Source: a virus (Duplodnaviria; Caudoviricetes). From it: DNA of 29,721 nucleotides. Position 1 is the stretch's first letter; each line of letters starts with the position of its first letter. A model generated the notes under the pieces. It saw nothing but the letters and a program-made list of their open reading frames with translations. It was not told the origin of the DNA and searched no databases. Shown piece by piece: positions 7,054 through 13,746 of this stretch. The position numbers and the translations under genes are program-made. The stretch covers positions 1-29,721 of IMG/VR virus record IMGVR_UViG_3300027863_000561. The stretch is one strand, 5' to 3'.

Positions 7054-7682
7054 TTTGCTTCCTCTTTTCCAGTGAGATCGAGTTTTGGCGCGTAAGCATT
7101 CGCTGGCAGCACCGCGCCGGGCTCTAGCGTAGTGAGGCTGGGAAGATGGATGCAATCACCCGCTTCAAGCGTGACTCCTGCGGGAAGCTCCGCCAGCTCC
7201 CTAAGGTAGAGGTATGCGCCCGCGTTGAGCGCCGTCCCGGCGGCCAGCGTGTTCACGCTACAGAGGTTGATGCAGCCGCCCGCGCTGAGCGTGACTCCTG
7301 CGGGAAGCTCCGCCAGCTTCCCAAGGTAGAGGTTGCCGCCCGCTTTGATTGTGGCTCCGGCGGCCAGTGCGGTGAGGTAGCTCAAGTCGAGCGTCCCCCA
7401 CGCGTAATTGATGGAGCCATCTGGCTGTACGGCCTCCATGGCATCGAGCACGGATGCGCGAGCGTGATACATGAGCGCGGCCAGCATGCGGGCGCGCGGC
7501 GTGTCTTCAATTTCGCCCGGCTGCGGCCCGGCATCCAGCTCCGGCATTCCGGCGCGGATGCGGGCGAAGCCGAGCACGCAGCAGGATGTGCCGCACCAGT
7601 GTACTTGGTCGTATTTATGGCCTTGGAGTTCGCCACGCCGCGCGTCCCGAATGGCATCGAGAATGTTCTGTTCGGTTATCAT
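7050..7682 (-). CDS. Phage protein with CGTxCCxxG motif and LRR-like ~20-aa repeats
   Basis: Start follows AGAGGAAACAAAATG. Contains WCGTSCCVLGFA and repeats xAGGxLYLxxLAELPAGVTL. A 31-bp DNA identity occurs at 7168-7198 and 7288-7318. Confidence 0.8.
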   Translation of the reverse strand: MITEQNILDAIRDARRGELQGHKYDQVHWCGTSCCVLGFARIRAGMPELDAGPQPGEIEDTPRARMLAALMYHARASVLDAMEAVQPDGSINYAWGTLDLSYLTALAAGATIKAGGNLYLGKLAELPAGVTLSAGGCINLCSVNTLAAGTALNAGAYLYLRELAELPAGVTLEAGDCIHLPSLTTLEPGAVLPANAYAPKLDLTGKEEAK

Positions 7683-7849
7683 TTTGTTTCCTCTTTCCCA
7701 ATGCCTCCGCTCTTCCTTTTTTCCTTTTGCCTCTCCCTGTATCGCTTCAGTCGTTGGCGTTCGCATATCAGACACCGCTGCTGCCCATTGGCGCCCACCG
7801 CGTCAAATCTGTGTCCTTTCGCGCAAACTGGTGATCGTAAAGCTCCCAT
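7679..7849 (-). CDS. Small zinc-finger protein (56 aa; not in ORF track)
   Basis: MGALRSPVCAKGHRFDAVGANGQQRCLICERQRLKRYRERQK...GKEETK*. C-x3-H...C-x2-C plus basic tail. SD AGGGGG; ATGA overlap with the next gene. Confidence 0.7.
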   Translation of the reverse strand: MGALRSPVCAKGHRFDAVGANGQQRCLICERQRLKRYRERQKEKRKSGGIGKEETK

Positions 7850-7857
7850 TTTACCCC

Positions 7858-8193
7858 CTATTTGAATGCCATAAACGCCAAGGCTGAGAAGCAGAGCAGG
7901 GCAAAGGCCGCCATGTAAACGATGGCCTGTGACCAGAAGCGGAAGCTGCGAAGGGCGCGTTCATGATCCTTCGATTGCGACTCCGGATATTCGCTCAGCA
8001 ACTGGCTGTGGAGGGAAGGACGCATCAGGCCGGCACGAATCACGGCCTGCTGCGCGTCTCTATATTGCTGTGCCCGATTGTGGAGCAGTATGCGTTCCCA
8101 GGGCAGGAGCGAAGCCCCAGCCGCTTTGAGGTCGCATTCGGCTGCTTTGTGTCCAAGAATTTCTATTGCGGTCTCTAACTGTTCGGTGATCAT
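7858..8193 (-). CDS. Hypothetical protein with C-terminal transmembrane helix
   Basis: First gene after the sigma70 promoter; start AGAGGAAACAAAATG; C-terminus AIVYMAAFALLCFSALAFMAFK. Confidence 0.7.
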   Translation of the reverse strand: MITEQLETAIEILGHKAAECDLKAAGASLLPWERILLHNRAQQYRDAQQAVIRAGLMRPSLHSQLLSEYPESQSKDHERALRSFRFWSQAIVYMAAFALLCFSALAFMAFK

Positions 8194-8207
8194 TTTGTTT
8201 CCTCTGC

Positions 8208-8270
8208 GTCTTACTCTCCTAATATAGGGCAACGAGTAATGCGTGTCAAGTACTATTCTCAATTATTTTT
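8208..8270 (-). promoter_or_regulatory. Sigma70-type promoter, copy 1
   Basis: On -: A/T-rich UP tract, TTGACA (8249-8244), 17-nt spacer, TATATT (8226-8221). Confidence 0.85.
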
Positions 8271-8315
8271 AAACATTCTGGGCATTGTAGTAAGATAGCA
8301 GCAGGAGACAACAAA

Positions 8316-8519
8316 ATGATCTGCAATCGCTGTGGGCATGAGTGGGCAGAGAGGGTACGGGATCCTATCAGATGCCCTAAGTGCATGAGCCCATTATGGA
8401 ATACGCCCCGCACCAGGCCGGTGAAGCCGAAGCCGGGTGAGCCAGACTACTTTTGTCCCACGTGCGGGCGCAAGATCACGAGCGGGAACCCGGTGCCACC
8501 GAAAGAAGGAAAACATTGA
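8316..8519 (+). CDS. Small zinc-ribbon protein
   Basis: CNRCGHEW...RCPKCMSPLW...CPTCG; SD AGGAG; divergent from promoter copy 1. Confidence 0.75.
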   Translation: MICNRCGHEWAERVRDPIRCPKCMSPLWNTPRTRPVKPKPGEPDYFCPTCGRKITSGNPVPPKEGKH

Positions 8520-9613
8520 TCACCATCGACGAAGAATTTCAATCCATAATTCCGCCTCTGAGTGCTGAAGAAAAGCAACAGCTCGAAGCAAACATCGTAG
8601 CGGATGGATGCCGCGACCCGCTTGTGCTGTGGGGCAATGTCCTCGTAGATGGGCATAACCGCTATGAGATTTGCACCCGGCTAGGAATTAAATTCAAGAC
8701 GGTCCAGATGGATTTTGCTGATCGTGATGCCGCGATAGACTGGATTGGCGTCAACCAATTGGGCCGCCGCAACCTGACCGCAGACCAGCGCAGCCTGTTG
8801 CGGGGAAGGCTGTACAACAGAACGAAAAAGACAATGGCCGCTGCTGGAGCGATGAAGGGAAAAGCTAATGCAGAAGTTGCACAAGCTCCCCAAAACACCG
8901 CAGAAGCTCTGGCCAAGAAATATGGGGTATCAGAGCGCACTATCAAGAGCGACGGCAAGAAAGCTGAAGCCATCGAGACATTGCAGGAGGCCAACCCGGA
9001 AGCGGCGGAGGCTGTGCTTAAGGGCAAAAAACGCTTCAACGAAGTCCGGCGCGAGATAAAGCTGGAGCAAGTCAAGGAAGCGGCTAAGCTTCCTGATGCC
9101 AAGTACCGCGTGATCTACGCTGATCCACCATGGAAGTATGGCAACGATATGGGCGCAGCAATGCCGGGGACAACTGGAGCAAGGGACCATTATCCCTGCA
9201 TGACTATTGCAGAGTTATGTGCATTGCCGGTGCGCGAACTTTGCGAGTCCGATGCCGTTCTTTTTTTGTGGGTAACGTCGCCACTGCTATACGAGGCTGC
9301 CCCATTAATTAAGGCGTGGGGATTTGAATACAAAACCAGCTTCGTTTGGGACAAAATCAAGCACAATATGGGGCATTACAACAGTATGCGCCATGAATTT
9401 CTGCTGATATGTACAAGGGGAAGTTGCCTACCCGATGAAAAGAAACTGTTTGATAGCGTGCAGTCAATCGAACGCAGCGGGAAACACAGCGAAAAGCCTG
9501 AAGAGTTTCGTACCATAATCGATACTCTTTATCCCTATGGCAAGCGCATTGAATTGTTCAGGCGCGGAGGTGCCCCTAAAGGGTGGAGTGTCTGGGGGAA
9601 CCAAAGTGCTTGA
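8516..9613 (+). CDS. ParB-like N-terminal domain + HTH + MT-A70 family adenine methyltransferase
   Basis: LVDGHNRYEIC (ParB/Srx-like), AEALAKKYGVSERTIK (HTH), YADPPW, LFLWVT, HSEKP and IELF. TTG start overlaps the previous stop. Confidence 0.9.
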   Translation: MITIDEEFQSIIPPLSAEEKQQLEANIVADGCRDPLVLWGNVLVDGHNRYEICTRLGIKFKTVQMDFADRDAAIDWIGVNQLGRRNLTADQRSLLRGRLYNRTKKTMAAAGAMKGKANAEVAQAPQNTAEALAKKYGVSERTIKSDGKKAEAIETLQEANPEAAEAVLKGKKRFNEVRREIKLEQVKEAAKLPDAKYRVIYADPPWKYGNDMGAAMPGTTGARDHYPCMTIAELCALPVRELCESDAVLFLWVTSPLLYEAAPLIKAWGFEYKTSFVWDKIKHNMGHYNSMRHEFLLICTRGSCLPDEKKLFDSVQSIERSGKHSEKPEEFRTIIDTLYPYGKRIELFRRGGAPKGWSVWGNQSA

Positions 9614-10088
9614 TCTTGCATCTTCACGCGAAAAATATGCCAAAGGATATTACTCCGAGAAGCTGCAGGTTGGCTTGGAGTTTCAGGATGTCGTTACCAA
9701 GGCTTTATATCAACGCGGCATTGTAGTGGTAGGGTATGCATCGAAGAAATATCAGCACAGATGTGGAGAAAATATGCTTGGTGCGGAAATCAAGCGAGAC
9801 GATAATTTCAGAAAAACAGGAAACCTTTATCTGGAGATAGCGGAGAAGTCCCATCCCGATAACCCGAATTACATCGCAAGCGGTATCATGCGGGACGACA
9901 ATTCATGGCTATTTGTGATCGGCGACGAGGTGACTATATGGATATTTTCAACTAAATACTTGCGTTTGCTGCAAAATAGATACAAGGAAGTCAAAACGTC
10001 CACCAGTATTGGCAAGCTGATGCCACTCGCAGAGGCAGATAGATATTGCATCCGTAAAATTGAAGAGATGAGAAGTGACGAAGTTTAG
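9606..10088 (+). CDS. Putative PD-(D/E)xK nuclease-fold protein
   Basis: G-x-EFQD...AEIKRD...TGNLYLEI pattern. Overlaps the MT-A70 3' end and is visibly AT-richer than its flanks. Start uncertain. Confidence 0.6.
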   Translation: MLDLASSREKYAKGYYSEKLQVGLEFQDVVTKALYQRGIVVVGYASKKYQHRCGENMLGAEIKRDDNFRKTGNLYLEIAEKSHPDNPNYIASGIMRDDNSWLFVIGDEVTIWIFSTKYLRLLQNRYKEVKTSTSIGKLMPLAEADRYCIRKIEEMRSDEV

Positions 10089-10119
10089 TACAAAGTAAAA
10101 ACGAAAGCAGGAAGGTGCA

Positions 10120-10461
10120 ATGGAGATACAGGTTAAATGCCCGCGCTGCGAATACATGTTCCGGCACGGGAAGAGAGAAGAGAAAGAGAAAGCAGCGCCT
10201 GGGGCCCGCGTCATTGTCCTCCCGATGCGGGAGGTTCGGGCGTGCCTGCTCGCCGCGACCGGCAAGAGAAACGCGGAGATCGGCAGGATCCTCGAGGTCA
10301 ACGAGCAGTGCGTGAAGAACTACCTGCGCGGAGCGATGAAGACCATCGGCGTGAGTAACCGCGCCCAGCTGGCGGCGCTGCTGGCAGGCAAGGAAATCGA
10401 GCTGCGCGGCGCTGACAGGAGGACGGAAGCCGGGAAGAGAGCTGCGCCGCGCCCCGGATGA
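10120..10461 (+). CDS. LuxR/GerE-type HTH transcriptional regulator with N-terminal CxxC
   Basis: REVRACLLAATGKRNAEIGRILEVNEQCVKNYLRGAMKTIGVSNRAQL matches the LuxR C-terminal HTH. N-terminal CPRC. Confidence 0.85.
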   Translation: MEIQVKCPRCEYMFRHGKREEKEKAAPGARVIVLPMREVRACLLAATGKRNAEIGRILEVNEQCVKNYLRGAMKTIGVSNRAQLAALLAGKEIELRGADRRTEAGKRAAPRPG

Positions 10462-10463
10462 AA

Positions 10464-10676
10464 TTAGCCAATAGCCGGGACCGCGATAGGAATAGCGCAT
10501 TTTGCCAGCGCTTCCATAATGAGGTCTGCCACAATTATCGAGTCGTCAAGATTGAGCCTGTGTGTCCTGACTACATCGCGGATTACGTCGGACCTTTTGA
10601 CGCCGGTCGAATACGTGTATTTAACGGCTATAGCAGCCGCCAGCTTTCCGACGTCAGCTTTGCTCATGCGCGTCAT
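10464..10676 (-). CDS. Hypothetical protein (70 aa) with its own promoter (moron-like)
   Basis: SD AGGAGG-AAACAACA-ATG directly downstream of promoter copy 2. Confidence 0.7.
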   Translation of the reverse strand: MTRMSKADVGKLAAAIAVKYTYSTGVKRSDVIRDVVRTHRLNLDDSIIVADLIMEALAKCAIPIAVPAIG

Positions 10677-10696
10677 TGTTGTTTCCTCCTGTTTGT

Positions 10697-10760
10697 GTCT
10701 TACTGTATTCAATATAGCGCAACGGGTAACCCGTGTCAAGTATTATTTTCGATTATTTTT
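10697..10760 (-). promoter_or_regulatory. Sigma70-type promoter, copy 2
   Basis: On -: TTGACA (10739-10734), 17-nt spacer, TATATT (10716-10711). 43/50 identical to 8221-8270. Confidence 0.85.
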
Positions 10761-10785
10761 GTCGCCACTGATGTACACTGCTGCT

Positions 10786-11223
10786 ATGGCTCGTCCATCT
10801 AAGTACAGACAAGAGTATTGCGAGCGGGCGGCGAAAATGTGTCTCGGTGGTGCGACGAACGCGGAACTCGCTGATGAGTTTGGCGTTAGCATCCGAACCA
10901 TAGACGAGTGGAAAGCCAAGTATCCCGAATTTTTGCGCGCCATAAAAGCCAGTAAACCAGTTGCAGATCAACGAGTTGAGCGCTCTCTGTACGAGCGAGC
11001 GGTTGGTTACACTGTAGACACGGAGAAGGTCTTCTGCGGCAAGGACGGGCAAGTGACGCGCGTCGCGGTGCGTGAATACTATCCGCCCGACACTACGGCG
11101 ATGATCTTCTGGCTAAAGAACCGAAAACAAAAGGAATGGCGTGACAAGATTGAGCATACCGGAGCGGGTGACGGGCCCATTGAGCTGATCGTGCGGCGGG
11201 TGGGCGGAAGTGGCCAGCGGTGA
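10786..11223 (+). CDS. terS: Terminase small subunit
   Basis: MARPSKY...GATNAELADEFGVSIRTIDEWK (HTH)...VERSLYERAVGY...PPDTTAMIFWLKNR; coupled to TerL. Confidence 0.9.
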   Translation: MARPSKYRQEYCERAAKMCLGGATNAELADEFGVSIRTIDEWKAKYPEFLRAIKASKPVADQRVERSLYERAVGYTVDTEKVFCGKDGQVTRVAVREYYPPDTTAMIFWLKNRKQKEWRDKIEHTGAGDGPIELIVRRVGGSGQR

Positions 11224-12836
11224 AGGTCGAGATCAAGCTGCAGCCGAAGCAGTGGGAGATGCTTGAGCTGATCAGCGACTCACCCTACTCGGTGATTGGG
11301 GTGGGAGGCGGTCGCGGCTCCGCCAAGTCGTCGGGTGCCGACCGTTGTGCGATTGCGCTGATGCACGAGCGCAAAGGATTGACCGTCTGTCTCATCATGA
11401 GGACGTGGGTAAAGCAGATGGTCCCATTCCACATTGAGGCCATCCGCCGTGACTTTCCGTGGCTCGCCGACCATCTTGTCGCGTCGCCGCCTGCCATGCT
11501 GCGCGTGCCCAAAACGGGATCGCGGCTGGAGTTTAAGTACGCGGAGAACTATGAGGCAGTCGAAGAGGCTTTCAGGTCGGGCAACTACGACCTGATCATG
11601 ATTGACCAGGCGGAGCAGTTCACCTGGCGCGAAATCGTCGAAATTCGCAAAGCGGCGCGGAGCAAGGGCGGTGGGCAGGCAAAGCTTCTGCTATTGTTCA
11701 ACATGCGCGGCGCGTGCATCCAAGACCTTCGCAAAGTCTTTCATTTAAAAGAAGTTAGCAACCCCGAGGAGTACGTTTTCCTGAAGGTCAACCCATGGGA
11801 CAACGTGGAGTGGGTACGGACGGCGCTGGAGCGTGACGGATTGAGCGATGCAGATTACTACGCTCTGACGGACGATGAGCGCAAGGCTTACGCGGCGGCG
11901 AACGGTCCGTATACCAGTCAGCTGGCAACGGACGATCCAGTGATTGCCAAGGCGGATTGGGAGGGCGATTGGGATTCGCTCGAGGGCAGCTACTTCGCCA
12001 ACAGTTTCGACTTGGAGGCCACTCGGATCAACGGCTCCATAGCCGAGGCGCTGAGAAAGCCATGGGCGGTGCATTGGCTGGCACAGGATTGGGGGCGCGC
12101 CCACTATTGCGCAACGTATTGGGGATTCCGCGTCGCCGTGCCGCCGCAACAGGCGTTCGACTTATTGGGCTGGAAGCTGCATAAGCCTATCAACGTGACG
12201 GTGATCTACCGGGAGATGATTGTCTCCGAATTGGAGAGCACGGACGTAGGACAGAGCATCGTCCGCGCCACGCCGGAAGCCGAGCGTCGCCTGCATAAGG
12301 CGTTCTTCCTTTCTCCCGACGCGTTTGGCAAGAAGGACTCTGCGCAGACGGTGGCCATTAAAGAGAGTGTGGTACTGGTGGCGAACGAGATGCCTGTTGC
12401 GACGCCAGCGGACAACGAGCGCAAGGGCGGGTGGGCACTGATGAGCACGCTTTTGCGGGCGGCCAAGGGCAAAGGCTGGGGCGTCGATACGGATGGCAAC
12501 AGGTTTCAGTATGACGATGCGCTGCTAATATCGAGTGAGTGTGCTGAGTTGCTGAAGGCCATTCCGGCGTTGCTGCGGGACCCGAAGAACATCGATGACG
12601 TCCTGAAGACGGACGAGAGCCGGGCGATGATTGAGCAGGACTGCGGAGACGCGGCCCGGTACTTGCTCAAGTCGATGTTGAATCCCCGGAAAAAGAACCA
12701 GGAAGAGCTAGACCGTGATAAGCTGTTAGCGGAAAAGAGCATAGCCGGGCGCAGTTTGGTGCAATATAAGTTGACGATGGAGCACGAAAAGCGGCTCGAG
12801 AGGGCCGAGCAGCGCAGACCAGACCATTGGGAATGA
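11220..12836 (+). CDS. terL: Terminase large subunit
   Basis: LQPKQ adenine motif, Walker A GGRGSAKS, Walker B-position IMIDQAEQ, RNase H-like QDWG and DCGDAARY. Confidence 0.85.
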   Translation: MKVEIKLQPKQWEMLELISDSPYSVIGVGGGRGSAKSSGADRCAIALMHERKGLTVCLIMRTWVKQMVPFHIEAIRRDFPWLADHLVASPPAMLRVPKTGSRLEFKYAENYEAVEEAFRSGNYDLIMIDQAEQFTWREIVEIRKAARSKGGGQAKLLLLFNMRGACIQDLRKVFHLKEVSNPEEYVFLKVNPWDNVEWVRTALERDGLSDADYYALTDDERKAYAAANGPYTSQLATDDPVIAKADWEGDWDSLEGSYFANSFDLEATRINGSIAEALRKPWAVHWLAQDWGRAHYCATYWGFRVAVPPQQAFDLLGWKLHKPINVTVIYREMIVSELESTDVGQSIVRATPEAERRLHKAFFLSPDAFGKKDSAQTVAIKESVVLVANEMPVATPADNERKGGWALMSTLLRAAKGKGWGVDTDGNRFQYDDALLISSECAELLKAIPALLRDPKNIDDVLKTDESRAMIEQDCGDAARYLLKSMLNPRKKNQEELDRDKLLAEKSIAGRSLVQYKLTMEHEKRLERAEQRRPDHWE

Positions 12837-12846
12837 GGGTTGGCAA

Positions 12847-13149
12847 TTGAATATCGAATGGCTGACGAATAGGCGATCTATCGACATTTTGGAGCGCACC
12901 CTGGAGCAGCAGCGTCGCGACTTTGAGGCGCGGCTCGGTGAAAAGGACCTTCAGATTCGTCAGTTGAAGCTGGAGTTGAGCAACCTCAAATACCAGCCGA
13001 TGCGCCCTGGCCGCGACGATGCGCCGGCGCCGATTAAATGGAAGGAACCAGAGGACTCGCTGTCTCTGGATTGGAACGGAGAGCTGCAAAGGATGTTGCG
13101 ACTGGAGAAGCAAAATATCCAGACATATGAGGAAGAAGGTGGTGTCTAA
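12847..13149 (+). CDS. Hypothetical coiled-coil protein
   Basis: TTG start, heptad-like LERTLEQQRRDFEARLGEKDLQIRQLKLELSNL, TAATG coupling. Confidence 0.55.
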   Translation: MNIEWLTNRRSIDILERTLEQQRRDFEARLGEKDLQIRQLKLELSNLKYQPMRPGRDDAPAPIKWKEPEDSLSLDWNGELQRMLRLEKQNIQTYEEEGGV

Positions 13150-13541
13150 TGGCATTTACGAGTTCAGATGGAAGGAAGTTTACCAACCGTCCCCCGATGA
13201 AGGCCCACGAGGCTTTTCTAGCTCGAACGGCGAAGATGCGCGATCCGCTGCAGGCACCGGGCAGCGGTGACGAGGGCGATGAGTTGGGCGAGATGGAGCC
13301 GCATCACGCGGCGATCCACGACCATCTTCAGGCCATGCACGCGGAGACGGGCGAATCGCACAGCCATATCGAGCATCATGGCGACGGCTCCCACAGCAGC
13401 CATCATATCGATGTTTCGGGAGAGGTACGCGGGCCCTATAGGCACGCCTCGACGGAGGACTTGCTGGAGCATATGAGGAAGCACCTTCCAGACGAGGCGG
13501 ACGATGTGGAAAGCGACAACGACGAAGCGGAGGACGAGTAG
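13149..13541 (+). CDS. His-rich acidic hypothetical protein
   Basis: 16 His in 130 aa, with an acidic C-terminal tail. Confidence 0.7.
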   Translation: MAFTSSDGRKFTNRPPMKAHEAFLARTAKMRDPLQAPGSGDEGDELGEMEPHHAAIHDHLQAMHAETGESHSHIEHHGDGSHSSHHIDVSGEVRGPYRHASTEDLLEHMRKHLPDEADDVESDNDEAEDE

Positions 13542-13543
13542 CC

Positions 13544-13732
13544 ATGTTTGCGACCAAGAAGCTGAATCTGGGCAGCAGGGGCGGTGGAACGATCAAAGAG
13601 GGTGCAATGACGGCTGCGGCCAAGCGCGAGGGGGTGACGAACTCCGAATACGAGCAAGAGCACAAGCATTCGCCCGGGCTGGCTGGAAAGCGGGCGCGGC
13701 TGGCAATCGCCATGAAGGGCTGGAAACACTGA
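13544..13732 (+). CDS. Small basic phage protein
   Basis: IKEGAMTAAAKREG...GKRARLAIAMKG, resembling small basic proteins I recall from phage head modules; SD GGAGG. Confidence 0.65.
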   Translation: MFATKKLNLGSRGGGTIKEGAMTAAAKREGVTNSEYEQEHKHSPGLAGKRARLAIAMKGWKH

Positions 13733-13746
13733 TGGGGAAGAGATAG

